Shown: positions 48,825 through 59,383 of the stretch, piece by piece
Layout of the letters: the number at the start of each line of letters is the position of its first letter
Numbering within the stretch: the stretch's first letter is position 1
DNA from: Candidatus Saccharimonadia bacterium
Lineage (GTDB): Bacteria > Patescibacteriota > Saccharimonadia > UBA4664
NCBI GenBank assembly: GCA_035544015.1
Contig: DATKIP010000093.1
Span: 345,454-409,453 of the forward strand
DNA length: 64,000 nt
Direction of reading: 5' to 3'
Notes under the pieces: model-generated
What the model was told of the DNA's origin: nothing
What the model saw: the letters and a program-made list of their open reading frames with translations, nothing else
The model's database searches: none
Made by a program: the position numbers and the translations under genes

Positions 48825-51800
48825 GTGCTACCGTTAGAACCAGAAAGGCGGAGCCAACTTCTCGTGCCACACTCCAAATCAGCGCCCATCACTTTAGCGC
48901 CCATGCCCACCGAGGTCCATGAGCTCTTGGCCGCCGCCACTTCGGCCAAAACCCCCAGTGGGTTCCTGCAGCAAGCCTGCAAAATCCTCAGCCGCACCCT
49001 CCAGGCACCGGTCTGCGGCTTCATTGCGGCGGTCGGCGACGGGCATCACACGATCGCCGAGCAAACGCTGCCCATGGCTGCCCGCGGGCTCCTGCGCTAC
49101 CCCGGCGACCTGTCGGCCGAAACCTTGCGTACCTGGCCGGGAACCGACCAATCCGCCGTCGCCACCGCCGCGGGAGGCCGGCCTCAACACCACATCCTCA
49201 ACTGGCGCGAAGAATACCTAGGCGGCATCATCATCTGGACCGACACCGAGCTCTCCACCGAAAACCAAACCAACCTTCAACATCTCATCAACACCATCGC
49301 CGCCGGCATCAAAACCCTCCTGCTCGAGCAATCCAACAAAAACAGCCTAGCCGAAGCCATCACCCTCCAGCGCATCACTCAGGTCATCACCGGTTCGCTC
49401 GATTTCGACAAAGTCTCGTCGACCCTCTTGCAACAGGCCCGCAAATTCTTTCGCGTCGACGCCGTAGCGCTCGCCTTGGCCAGCCCCGGCGGCCGAGAAT
49501 ACTACGTCGACCAGACCGTAGGACTTTCCCCCGAACTCGTCGCCCACATGCGCGCCTCCAAAGATTCTCCCTTCATCAAGCGACTCATGAAGGCCGACAG
49601 CCCCATCCAGCTCGACAACCTCGAAACTGCCCCGCTTACCCACAACCCCGAGTTGGCCCGGCGCGAGGGCCTGCGCTCAGCCTTGCTAGCGCCTATCTTT
49701 ACCGGCGGCCGGCTGGTGGGCGCGCTCAGCCTCATCTCCAAAACCCCCCGCACCTTCACCTACGCCGAGATTCGCTTCGCCCAAAGTCTGGCCGAGCACA
49801 CCGGCATCGCTATCGCCAACGCCAATCTCCATGCCGGCTTGCGCAAAGCCACGGGCGAAATCGAACAAACCCGCAATCTCATGCGCGACGGCTTGCTCGT
49901 CTTCGACCTTGACCACAAGATGCACTACTACAACGCCGCCGCCGGCAGCACCCTGGGACTAGGACCCGAGCATCTCATGAAACACCTCCCCCTCCGCGCC
50001 CTCAAACGCATTCCGGGCCTCAAAATCGACACCGTCCGGCTCGAAGCCGCTATCGAGCAAGCCCTGCAGGGCCACATCGGCCGCACCCAGTTCTCACTCG
50101 ACGAACACGGCGATACCCGTTACTTCGAAGCCGTCTACTCGCCCTACCGCGACAGCAAAGGCATTCGCATCGGGGCGCTCATGAGCATCCGCGACGTCAG
50201 CTCGCTCTACCTCGAAAAAGAAAAATTGCAAGCCATCCAAAACGGCATCTCGGACGGACTGATTTTGGTCGGCGAGCAAGGCGAAACCATCGAGTGCAAC
50301 CAAGAATGGCTACGACTCTTCAATATCACCGACAACCCGATCGGCCGGCCGTTCTTCGAGCAAATCGCCGCCCGCAAAAACTTCACCTGCGATCACGATC
50401 CCCTCGAAGTGATCAAAAACGTCCTCCGCGGCAAACGCATCACCTGCTACGGGCATGATCTCCAATCCGGCCGTCACGTTCAAATCTCGGTCAATCCCAT
50501 CACCCTCGGCGGCCGCGTCACCGGCGCCGTCGCCACCGCTCGCGACATTACCTCGCTCATCGAAAAAACCGTCGAGGCCAATGAAATGGCAGCCAAAGCC
50601 CACCGTCACCTCCGCGAGCTTTCGCAACTCGCCGAGTTATCGGGCATCGTCGGCTTCAATGTCGCCAACATCTACCAAAAATATCTCGCCAAAACCGCCA
50701 ACTTACTCGAATCGTCTTCAGTGTCGCTCTATCTGTACAACCCCAGCAAACAGCTGCTCGTCCAAGACCAAGCCGTCAGTCCCGACCCCAGTGACACCCT
50801 CACGCTCGAGCTCAACTCACCACACCTAGCTGCCCGAGCCTTCACCAGCCGCCAACCCGTCACTCTTACGGGCCAAAGCGGGGGATTGCACCGCATCGCC
50901 CTGCCCATCACCCACCACTCCAAGACCCTGGGCGTGCTCATCGCCGGCCGCGCCGGCCGCGCCTACGGCGAACACGAAGCCAAATTGTTGCGCATGGTAG
51001 CCACCCGCCTCGCCGTGCTCGTCGAAAACGCCGCGCTCTACCACGACGTCAATGCTCGACGCGAACGCTGGGAAGCCGTATTCCGCTTCACCGAGGAGGG
51101 GATCGTGATTTTCGACCGCAGCGGCACCATCGTCGGGTTCAACCCCGCCTGCACCCAGATCACCCAATACCACCCCGCCGAAGCCATCGGCAAGCCGTTT
51201 AGCAAGGTCATCAAAAACGTCAGCCCCGACACCATCAGCGGCACCAATGTCGGCCCCATCGAGCGCGTGCTCGAAGAAGGCGTCACCATCGCCAAAAGCG
51301 AACAACTCATCGAAAACCGCGGCGGCACCCGCGTCTGGACCGAGATCAGCTACTCGCCGATCTTCGACGACGCCGGCCGAGTCACCTCCGGCATCGCCAT
51401 TATCCGCAACACCACCAAAGACCGCGAAGTCGAAGAGATCAAATCCGACTTCATTTCGATCGTGTCCCACGAACTCCGCACCCCGCTCACCGCGATCAAA
51501 GGCTTTCTCTCCATGACCCTCAAGCACGATTTTGGCGAGCTCAGCGACAAACAGTTTCACTATCTCAGCCGCGTCTACCAATCAAACCAACGCATGATCG
51601 ACCTCGTCGAAGATCTCATGGATGCCACCTACATCGAATCAGGCAAAATTACCCTCAACATCGCCCCTGTCGCCCTCGACAGTGTCATCGCGAGCGTCGT
51701 CTCCGAGGTGGCCGCCAAAGGTGCCGCCAGCCACATCATGATCAATGTCCGCCGCCGCCAACGCCTGCCGCTAGTGCTCGCCGACGAGACCAGGCTCCAT

Positions 51801-52139
51801 CAAATCATCCTCAACCTCGTCGACAACGCCATCAAATACTCAATGCCAGGCACCGAGGTCCAAATAAACTTCCGCATCCAGGGCGACGAGCTCATCACCA
51901 CCGTAGCCGATCACGGCGTAGGCATTGGCAAGTCCCAGATCGACCGCCTGTTCACCAAATTCGGCCGCATTTTCAATCCCCTGAGCGTCCAAGCCGGCGG
52001 CACCGGCCTCGGCCTCTACATCGTCAAAAACCTCATCGAGTCACACGACGGCCGCATTTGGGTCACGAGTATCGAGGGCAAAGGCAGCCGATTTAACTTC
52101 AGTTTGCCCATTGCCAAGCAATTACCGCTCATAGAGTAA
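48825..52139 (+). CDS. Cytoplasmic GAF/PAS multi-sensor histidine kinase
   Basis: GAF and PAS repeats; VSHELRTP, NLVDNAIKY, GGTGLGL. Confidence 0.93.
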   Translation: MLPLEPERRSQLLVPHSKSAPITLAPMPTEVHELLAAATSAKTPSGFLQQACKILSRTLQAPVCGFIAAVGDGHHTIAEQTLPMAARGLLRYPGDLSAETLRTWPGTDQSAVATAAGGRPQHHILNWREEYLGGIIIWTDTELSTENQTNLQHLINTIAAGIKTLLLEQSNKNSLAEAITLQRITQVITGSLDFDKVSSTLLQQARKFFRVDAVALALASPGGREYYVDQTVGLSPELVAHMRASKDSPFIKRLMKADSPIQLDNLETAPLTHNPELARREGLRSALLAPIFTGGRLVGALSLISKTPRTFTYAEIRFAQSLAEHTGIAIANANLHAGLRKATGEIEQTRNLMRDGLLVFDLDHKMHYYNAAAGSTLGLGPEHLMKHLPLRALKRIPGLKIDTVRLEAAIEQALQGHIGRTQFSLDEHGDTRYFEAVYSPYRDSKGIRIGALMSIRDVSSLYLEKEKLQAIQNGISDGLILVGEQGETIECNQEWLRLFNITDNPIGRPFFEQIAARKNFTCDHDPLEVIKNVLRGKRITCYGHDLQSGRHVQISVNPITLGGRVTGAVATARDITSLIEKTVEANEMAAKAHRHLRELSQLAELSGIVGFNVANIYQKYLAKTANLLESSSVSLYLYNPSKQLLVQDQAVSPDPSDTLTLELNSPHLAARAFTSRQPVTLTGQSGGLHRIALPITHHSKTLGVLIAGRAGRAYGEHEAKLLRMVATRLAVLVENAALYHDVNARRERWEAVFRFTEEGIVIFDRSGTIVGFNPACTQITQYHPAEAIGKPFSKVIKNVSPDTISGTNVGPIERVLEEGVTIAKSEQLIENRGGTRVWTEISYSPIFDDAGRVTSGIAIIRNTTKDREVEEIKSDFISIVSHELRTPLTAIKGFLSMTLKHDFGELSDKQFHYLSRVYQSNQRMIDLVEDLMDATYIESGKITLNIAPVALDSVIASVVSEVAAKGAASHIMINVRRRQRLPLVLADETRLHQIILNLVDNAIKYSMPGTEVQINFRIQGDELITTVADHGVGIGKSQIDRLFTKFGRIFNPLSVQAGGTGLGLYIVKNLIESHDGRIWVTSIEGKGSRFNFSLPIAKQLPLIE

Positions 52140-52207
52140 TATTTTGATCCCCAGGGGTGGTTGCCATCTGGGATTATCTGTTAAACTAGGGGAAGAGGAG
52201 TTAGGGT

Positions 52208-52615
52208 ATGGCAAAAATTTTACTGGTCGAAGACGACACCATCTTGGTCGAGATGTACCAAGCCAAATTTGAACTTGAAGGCCACAGCGTCAAAGTAGCC
52301 ACCAACGGCGAAGAATGCCTAGCCGTACTCAAAGAATTCCAACCCGAACTCATTTTGCTCGACATCCTCATGCCCAAGCTCAATGGCTTCCATGTGCTCA
52401 AAGAGATCAAGAAGCAACCCGACCTGCGCCAAATTCCAGTCATTTTGCTCACCAACTTGGGCCAAGCCGAAGTCGACATGAACCAAGAGCTCGCCAAAGC
52501 TTTAGGGGTCAACGATTACCTCATCAAGAGCCACCACACGCCCGACGAAGTCGTCCAAAAAGCCGTGAAAGTGCTCGGCGCGACTGGACACAAAGCCGCC
52601 GCCAGCGACAAATAG
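52208..52615 (+). CDS. Single-domain response regulator
   Basis: KILLVEDD, LDILMP, LTN, IK. Confidence 0.93.
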   Translation: MAKILLVEDDTILVEMYQAKFELEGHSVKVATNGEECLAVLKEFQPELILLDILMPKLNGFHVLKEIKKQPDLRQIPVILLTNLGQAEVDMNQELAKALGVNDYLIKSHHTPDEVVQKAVKVLGATGHKAAASDK

Positions 52616-52619
52616 GGGC

Positions 52620-53066
52620 GTGGACGCCGTTGATCCGCGCCTCGATGCCATCTGCAACAGCCTGTATCGGGTGGCTGTCAAAGCCGTCATCATCCGCGAC
52701 CACAAAATTCTGCTTGTCAAAGAGCGCGACGATGAGTGGTGGAGCCTACCGGGCGGCGGCATTGACCACGGCGAAACCCCGGCCGAGGCCCTCATCCGCG
52801 AACTAGCCGAAGAGCTCGGCCTCGCCCCCGCCGACATCAAAACCGACGGCCGCGTCATCCTGGCCACCGCCGGCGCCGTTGTGGGCGGCATCCCCAAAGC
52901 TAATTTGTTTTATCGCGTCAACGTTGCCATCGAGCACATCCACCCCAGCACGGCCGATGTCGAAAAATCCGGCTGGTTTACGGCCACCGAACTCGCCACG
53001 CTTTACCTCAGTCCGTCAGCCGGCGACGTCAACAGCCATCTTGTTGGCCTTCTGACCGAAGCCTAA
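52620..53066 (+). CDS. NUDIX hydrolase
   Basis: PGGGIDHGET...RELAEELG. Confidence 0.9.
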   Translation: MDAVDPRLDAICNSLYRVAVKAVIIRDHKILLVKERDDEWWSLPGGGIDHGETPAEALIRELAEELGLAPADIKTDGRVILATAGAVVGGIPKANLFYRVNVAIEHIHPSTADVEKSGWFTATELATLYLSPSAGDVNSHLVGLLTEA

Positions 53067-53233
53067 CCACAGACGACGCTCAAATGCGCCCAGGAAGCGC
53101 CGGACACCGGCTTGTTCCGCGAACTCATCCTTATTTGCAAAATCCGTACCCGTCGTCTTGTCTGGCGCTTCACGGCGCCGGTGTCCAGCGCTTCCTGAGG
53201 CGTTTCCGGAGCAACACGACCTATAATGACTTT

Positions 53234-53989
53234 ATGCCCAGCAAACCCGCCTACCAAACCCAAGGCATCGTCATCGGCCGCACCAACTTTGGCGAAGCCG
53301 ATAGAGTAGTGCGGTTCCTCACCGCAGGCTACGGCAAAGTCAGCGCCGTGGCCAAAGGCGTACGCAAGATCAAATCGCGCTCCGGCGGCCATCTCGAGCT
53401 CTTCGGTGAGGTCAATCTCATGCTCATCGCCGGCCGCAATCTCGACACCGTCACCAGCGCACGCCTCCTATGGTATCCCCACGATTTTGTCAGCCACTAC
53501 GACCGGCTCGAGCTAGCCTTCATCATCGCCCGCACCGTCGACCGTCTCACCGAGCCAGGGCAGCCCACCCCCGGCCTCTACGAGCTCACGCGCGAGGCCC
53601 TAGGCGCCCTCGATGACGGCCCCAGCGATATCGTGCTCATTGAGCTCTGGTTCAAGCTCCGCCTGCTCGATGTGCTCGGCTACCGCCCAGAGCTGGGCGC
53701 CTGCATTATCTGCGGTCAACAATCCGCCGAGACCACCTACGCCTTCAGCACCGAACGCGGCGGCATCGTCTGCCACGCCGACAGCAACCCGCTAGACACC
53801 CCCATGAGCACCGAGCAAATCAAATTTTGGCGCTTGCTTTCCGACTACCCTTACCAAACCATAGCGCACATCGCCGATGCGCCCGCCCTCGCAACCGCTA
53901 CGTTGAGTCTTTGTAATACATTTTACGAACACCATCTCAGCTATTCATTCCTCGCAACATCAACTTTTGACAAAAACGATAAAAAATGA
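53234..53989 (+). CDS. recO: DNA repair protein RecO
   Basis: GEADR, GKV.AVAKGVRK, GYRPEL..C..C...GG.VC. Confidence 0.93.
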   Translation: MPSKPAYQTQGIVIGRTNFGEADRVVRFLTAGYGKVSAVAKGVRKIKSRSGGHLELFGEVNLMLIAGRNLDTVTSARLLWYPHDFVSHYDRLELAFIIARTVDRLTEPGQPTPGLYELTREALGALDDGPSDIVLIELWFKLRLLDVLGYRPELGACIICGQQSAETTYAFSTERGGIVCHADSNPLDTPMSTEQIKFWRLLSDYPYQTIAHIADAPALATATLSLCNTFYEHHLSYSFLATSTFDKNDKK

Positions 53990-54045
53990 CAACGTATTAA
54001 AGCTTAATCAGCAAATTGGAACCCCGCAACTCGTGGAGGCACGCC

Positions 54046-54489
54046 ATGTCCATCGGCACCCCCATCGCCGTCACCCTCGAGCCCGTAACCGGGCCGAACG
54101 GAGAACTCACCGGCGGACTCCTCCGTCTGCCCGACGGTACCGTGTACTACATCACGGGAGCCGAACCGGTCGACCGGCACGACAAGCCCAACGACACGCC
54201 CTACGTCTACCTGTACCGGAGCGAGGATGGGTCGTGCTGGAGGATCCACCCATCGGATGGCGCCACCGTGCGCGTCGTACCGTACAAGTTCCACTCTATG
54301 CACCACTTGGACGCCGCGGCCATCGAGGCGCTCGCCATCGGCGTGCACTACCCACCGGAGTGCACAGTGCTCAAACTGGCAGGAGCAGCGTTCATCGCCC
54401 CTCGGCGCTGGACGCCCGAGACCCTGGCCGCCGCCGCTCAGCAGGCGTGGCCCGACGCGTGGGCGGAATTCGCCCCGACCACCAGCTGA
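54046..54489 (+). CDS. Hypothetical protein with atypical codon usage
   Basis: GGAGG SD, ATG, perfect 14-bp 3' hairpin at 54501-54531. Confidence 0.65.
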   Translation: MSIGTPIAVTLEPVTGPNGELTGGLLRLPDGTVYYITGAEPVDRHDKPNDTPYVYLYRSEDGSCWRIHPSDGATVRVVPYKFHSMHHLDAAAIEALAIGVHYPPECTVLKLAGAAFIAPRRWTPETLAAAAQQAWPDAWAEFAPTTS

Positions 54490-54612
54490 CCAAGCACCAC
54501 CCCGGACCCAGCGCCCCGCGCTGGGTCCGGGCCGACCCCAGTCTTCAACCCACTTGAAGCCTGAGGCCGGGATGCTACAATAACGCCCATAATCCTCATC
54601 GAAAGCCACCCC

Positions 54613-54915
54613 ATGACCTCCCAATCCGAACTCAGCTGGACCCTCGCCGACTACCAGCATGCCCACATCGACCCACCGGAGCGCATTATCAGCCACCCCG
54701 AGCGCACCGAAGGCCAGATGATGACCGACGACGAAATCGAAGAGTTTATCAAACACTCCATCGCCACCTGCCGTATCCTGCTCGACAAGCGCTCACCGCG
54801 CTACGAGCAAGTAGTCGGAAACTACGTCGCCGATCTCACGTATCTGCTAAGCCTTGGCCGAATCAGTGATGACGACTATAATGAGCTCACCGAACCCGAT
54901 AATCTCAGATTTTAG
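54613..54915 (+). CDS. Hypothetical acidic protein
   Basis: 100-aa ORF with typical codon usage directly upstream of glyQS. Confidence 0.65.
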   Translation: MTSQSELSWTLADYQHAHIDPPERIISHPERTEGQMMTDDEIEEFIKHSIATCRILLDKRSPRYEQVVGNYVADLTYLLSLGRISDDDYNELTEPDNLRF

Positions 54916-54924
54916 GTAGTTTCT

Positions 54925-56319
54925 ATGGCCACATCTCACCCCACCCCTTCGCTCGAAACCATCGTCGCGCTCGCCAAGCGGCGCGGTTTTATTTTTCAAG
55001 GCTCCGATATTTACGGGGGGCTGGCCGGCACCTGGGACTACGGCCCCTACGGCACGCTGCTCAAAAACAACCTCAAGACCCTCTGGTGGAGCCATTTCGT
55101 CACCGAGCGCGAAGACATGTACGGCCTCGATAGCGCCATCCTCATGAACCCCCGCGTGTGGGAGGCCAGCGGCCATACCGGCGCCGGCTTTGCCGATGCG
55201 CTCGTGGAAGACCTGGGGACCAACAAACGTTACCGCGCCGACCACCTGCTCGAAGATGCCGGCGTCGAAGACGTTGCCGAGCTCACCATGGCGCAAATGA
55301 GCCTCAAAATCCGCGAGCTCGGCCTCAAAAGCCCCGAGGGCAACGAGCTCAGCGAAGCCCGCACCTTCAACCTCATGTTTTCCACCCAAGCCGGCCCCGT
55401 CGACGACACCTCCGCCAAGGTTTACCTGCGCCCCGAAACCGCCCAGGGCATGTTCGTGAATTTCAAAAACGTTCTCGATTCCATCCACCCCAAATTACCC
55501 TTTGGCATAGCCCAAATCGGCAAAAACTTCCGCAATGAAATCACCCCCCGTGATTTCATTTTCCGCGTGCGCGAGCTTGAGATTATGGAGTTTGAATACT
55601 TCGTGCGGGAGGGGGACTGGGAAAAAATCTTCGACGAGCTCCACCAGCTCACCCTCGCCTGGTACGAGCGCATCGGCCTACCGGCATCCGCCATCCATGA
55701 GCTCGACGTCCCCGCCGCCGACCGCGCGCATTACTCCAAGAAAACCATCGATTTTGAATACGAATTCCCGATCGGCACCAAAGAAATCGGCGGCCTGGCC
55801 TACCGCACCGATTTCGACCTCACCAACCACATGAAGCACTCCGGCGTCGACCTCACGTATTTGGATTCAGCCACCGGCGAGCGCTTCGTGCCCCACGTCA
55901 TCGAGCCCACCTTTGGCCTCGACCGCAACGTGCTAGCCGTACTCACCGCCGCCTATCGCGAGGAGGCGGTAGGGGAGGGGGACACCCGCGTCGTGCTGGG
56001 GCTCAAGCCCGCCCTCGCCCCGATCAAGATCGCCGTCAGCCCGCTCCTGCGCAACAAACCCGAGCTCATGGACAAAGCCCGCGAGGTCTTCAAAACCCTC
56101 AAAGCTAGGTACGGCAGCGTCATGTTCGACGACAACGGCAACATCGGCAAACGCTACCGCCGCCAAGACGAAATCGGCACCCCCCTGTGCGTCGTCATCG
56201 ACTTCGACACCCTCTCAGACCACACCGTCACCGTCCGCCATCGCGACACCATGGAGCAAACCCGCGTCAAAATTGCCGATTTGCCCACCAAACTCGATAA
56301 CCAATTGGAGGCGTTTTAA
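54925..56319 (+). CDS. glyQS: Glycine--tRNA ligase, alpha2 type
   Basis: IYGG..G.WDYGP, YLRPETAQG, FRNEITP, IEP.FG.DR, IGKRYRRQDEIGTP. Confidence 0.96.
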   Translation: MATSHPTPSLETIVALAKRRGFIFQGSDIYGGLAGTWDYGPYGTLLKNNLKTLWWSHFVTEREDMYGLDSAILMNPRVWEASGHTGAGFADALVEDLGTNKRYRADHLLEDAGVEDVAELTMAQMSLKIRELGLKSPEGNELSEARTFNLMFSTQAGPVDDTSAKVYLRPETAQGMFVNFKNVLDSIHPKLPFGIAQIGKNFRNEITPRDFIFRVRELEIMEFEYFVREGDWEKIFDELHQLTLAWYERIGLPASAIHELDVPAADRAHYSKKTIDFEYEFPIGTKEIGGLAYRTDFDLTNHMKHSGVDLTYLDSATGERFVPHVIEPTFGLDRNVLAVLTAAYREEAVGEGDTRVVLGLKPALAPIKIAVSPLLRNKPELMDKAREVFKTLKARYGSVMFDDNGNIGKRYRRQDEIGTPLCVVIDFDTLSDHTVTVRHRDTMEQTRVKIADLPTKLDNQLEAF

Positions 56320-56323
56320 GATT

Positions 56324-57319
56324 ATGGCTGCTGTCACGGGCCCTAAAGTCGTCGTCATCGGTGCCGGTACCGGCACGTTCACCATTCTCACTGCACTCAA
56401 ATATTACGCTCGCGACATCACCGCCATCGTCAACATGTCCGACGATGGCGGCTCCACCGGCATTCTGCGCGATGAACTCGGCGCCCTGCCGCCCGGCGAC
56501 GTCCGCCAGTGCCTCGTGGCACTGAGCGAATCCGATCAAAAACTCCGCGATCTTTTCAACTATCGCTTCGACGAGGGCACCTTCGGCGGCCACTCGTTTG
56601 GCAATATCTTCCTCAGTGCCCTCGAAAAAACCACTGGCAGCTTCGCCGACGCGGTCAAAACCGCTGGCGAAATCCTCAACATCTCGGGGCACGTCGTGCC
56701 GGTCACCCTGTCGAACGTCAAGCTTGTGCTCACCAAGGCTAGTGGGGAAGTCGTAAAAGGAGAGTACCAAATCGTGGGGCACGATTTCGACAGCAACCGG
56801 CCCCAGCTTTCGCTCGAGCCCAACGCCCAGCTCAACCCCGAGGCCAAAACCGCCATTGAGGCCGCCGACATCGTCGTAATCGCCCCCGGCAACCTCTACA
56901 CCTCGCTCGCACCCACGCTTATCGTCAGCGGCATGAGCGAGGCTCTGGCCAAAACTCGCGCCAAACTCGTCTATATCTCGAATCTCGTCACCAAACCCGG
57001 CCAAACCGATGGCTTCAAAGTCGACGATTACGTCCGCGAGATCGAGCGTTTTATCGGCTCCAAAACCGTCGACTATGTCATTTACAACAGCCACAAACCC
57101 AGCGACGAATTGCTCCGCCGCTACGCCAAAGCCGGCGAGTTTGCGGTCGAATTCGACCCCGAAGCCTTCAAGAAACACCACGCCCAGGCCATCGGCGAAG
57201 ACCTCGTATCGGCCGCCATACCACAGCTCAAACCCTCCGAGCAGCTCATCCCGCGCACGCTCATTCGCCATGATTCCGACAAAGTCGCCCGGCTCATAAT
57301 GCGAGTCTACTTTAGCTAA
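56324..57319 (+). CDS. YvcK/CofD-family protein
   Basis: GAGTG, DDGGSTG.LR, PPGDVR, GHSFGN, PGNLYTS. Confidence 0.92.
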   Translation: MAAVTGPKVVVIGAGTGTFTILTALKYYARDITAIVNMSDDGGSTGILRDELGALPPGDVRQCLVALSESDQKLRDLFNYRFDEGTFGGHSFGNIFLSALEKTTGSFADAVKTAGEILNISGHVVPVTLSNVKLVLTKASGEVVKGEYQIVGHDFDSNRPQLSLEPNAQLNPEAKTAIEAADIVVIAPGNLYTSLAPTLIVSGMSEALAKTRAKLVYISNLVTKPGQTDGFKVDDYVREIERFIGSKTVDYVIYNSHKPSDELLRRYAKAGEFAVEFDPEAFKKHHAQAIGEDLVSAAIPQLKPSEQLIPRTLIRHDSDKVARLIMRVYFS

Positions 57320-58161
57320 TGAAACCCACCACCGCTGTCATCATGGCCGCCGGGCTCGGCACCCGCATGCTGCCGGTCACTGCCGCCGTCCAGAAGGAAA
57401 TGCTGCCTATTCTCAACCGGCCGGTGATCGACTACACCGTAGCCGATCTGGTAGCTGCCGGCATCACCCGCATTCTCTTCATCACCCGCGCCGGCCAAAC
57501 CGGACTCAAAGACTACTACCAAGGCAACCCGCCCTACATCGCCGCCCTCAAGCGACTTGGCAAAACCGAAGTCGCCAAAAGCCTGGCCGCCATCCATGCC
57601 CAAGCGCGGTTTGAATTCATCGAGCAGTCCGAAGACGCCGGCTACGGTACCGCCGTCCCGCTCATCACCGCGCTCCCACACCTCGATCCCTCCGAGACCA
57701 TCATCTACTGCAGCGGGGATGATTTCGTCTGGCGCGCCGATGCCAAGTCCGAAATGACCGATTTCGTCACCGCCTATACCGCCGGCGATGCCGAGGGCGC
57801 GCTCATGGTCACTACCGTCCCCGCCTCCGAGCTCACTCGCTACGGCGTCCTGGCCACCAACGAGCAGGGGAGCCGGCACTACCTCACGAGCATTGCCGAC
57901 CAACCTCAACCCAGCCAAGCCCCGTCGCGTCAAGCCAATATCTCCAAATACATCCTGACGCCCCAGCTCCAACGCTACGCCACCGCCACCACACCCAACC
58001 CCAACGGCGAGCTCTCCATTACCGACGCCTTAACGAGCGCTGCCACCACACACAAAATCCTCGTCCACCCCATCAGCGGCACGTATCTCGACACCGGTAC
58101 GCCCGCCGCGTGGCTTGGGGCCAACCGCATCGTCGCAGACAGCGTGCTTACCAAAAGCTAA
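57319..58161 (+). CDS. Sugar-phosphate nucleotidyltransferase (GalU-like)
   Basis: AAGLGTRMLP.T...KEMLP, GE..ITDAL, YLDTG. Confidence 0.88.
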   Translation: MKPTTAVIMAAGLGTRMLPVTAAVQKEMLPILNRPVIDYTVADLVAAGITRILFITRAGQTGLKDYYQGNPPYIAALKRLGKTEVAKSLAAIHAQARFEFIEQSEDAGYGTAVPLITALPHLDPSETIIYCSGDDFVWRADAKSEMTDFVTAYTAGDAEGALMVTTVPASELTRYGVLATNEQGSRHYLTSIADQPQPSQAPSRQANISKYILTPQLQRYATATTPNPNGELSITDALTSAATTHKILVHPISGTYLDTGTPAAWLGANRIVADSVLTKS

Positions 58162-58294
58162 TTTGGCCAAGCGCCTATTTACATTGAGAAAAAAATGTTA
58201 TAGTATTATAATCAAATTGAGACGAAACAGGCCCAAACATAAATATTGCCGTAGCTATTGACGCGACATATTATATGTTTTATAATTTCAGACG

Positions 58295-59329
58295 ATGACA
58301 AATTCCGTTACCACCAAATCGAATATCACCTACGATTACAAATCGGCCGTTGAGCAAATCCTCAAGGAACTCCGGCGCGACCGTGACCGGCAAATCATTG
58401 CCCGCCGGTTTGGCTTTGGTTTGGCGCGCCGCCAAACGCTCGAGAAAATCGGCAGCGACTTCGAGATCACCCGCGAACGCGTCCGCCAGATCGAGAAAGC
58501 CGCCATTGCCAAAATGCGCACCAGCGACGCCGCCGAAATCGCCACGGGTAGCGAACTCTTGCGCGCCATCACCGCCGATCAGGGCGGAATCGTGCCCACC
58601 GCCGACGTTGCCGAAATGCTCGGCGCCCCCGAAACCGACGTACCATATCTCGTTTTTCTAGCCCTCCTGTCGCCCAGCGTTGACCTCATCGAAGACAACG
58701 ACGATACCCGTCAAGCCGCCGGCCTCGCCGGTATCTATTCGCCGTCGCAAGTCAACCAGTTGCTCACCGAAATCGCCAAAACCGTCAAAGACCACGCCAA
58801 ACCGATCACGCTTGCCAAGCTCAAGATCAAACTCCCTTCCGAGCTCGATAGCCGCACCCTCGAGCAGCTCATGCGCATCTCCAAGCGCCTAGCCTACTTC
58901 GACGGCAAATGGGGCCTCATCACCTGGCCCGAGGTCAACCCCAAGAGCATCCGCGACAAAACCTACCTGGTGCTGTCGCGCCACGGCCGGCCGCTGCACT
59001 TCTCGGAGATCGCCAAGCACGTCCGCGGCCTCGGCGCCACCAAGCGCAACGTCACCATCCAAGCCGTGCACAACGAGCTCATCAAAGACGTCCGATTCAT
59101 TCTCATCGGCCGCGGTATTTACGCGCTCGCCGAATGGGGCTACACCCCCGGCACCGTCGCCGAAATCATCGCCAGCGTCTTGCGCGAAGAGCAGCCGCTC
59201 CACAAAGACGAAATCGTGCGCCGCGTCTTACTCAAACGCCAGGTCAAAACCACCACCATCATCCTCAACCTGCAAGAAAAAGACCAGTTCCAGCGCACCG
59301 CCAAAGCCACCTACAAGCTCAACGACTAG
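58295..59329 (+). CDS. Sigma70 region-4 HTH plus HARE-HTH domain protein
   Basis: RRFG...TLEKIG..F.ITRERVRQIE; PLHF.EI, VHNELI, GRGIYAL.EWG; own TTGACG-17-TATAAT promoter. Confidence 0.85.
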   Translation: MTNSVTTKSNITYDYKSAVEQILKELRRDRDRQIIARRFGFGLARRQTLEKIGSDFEITRERVRQIEKAAIAKMRTSDAAEIATGSELLRAITADQGGIVPTADVAEMLGAPETDVPYLVFLALLSPSVDLIEDNDDTRQAAGLAGIYSPSQVNQLLTEIAKTVKDHAKPITLAKLKIKLPSELDSRTLEQLMRISKRLAYFDGKWGLITWPEVNPKSIRDKTYLVLSRHGRPLHFSEIAKHVRGLGATKRNVTIQAVHNELIKDVRFILIGRGIYALAEWGYTPGTVAEIIASVLREEQPLHKDEIVRRVLLKRQVKTTTIILNLQEKDQFQRTAKATYKLND

Positions 59330-59383
59330 ACTAGTACCGACCGTCCCAGTGGCGTAAACTTGGGGGGAGGGTACCTGCTAGGC

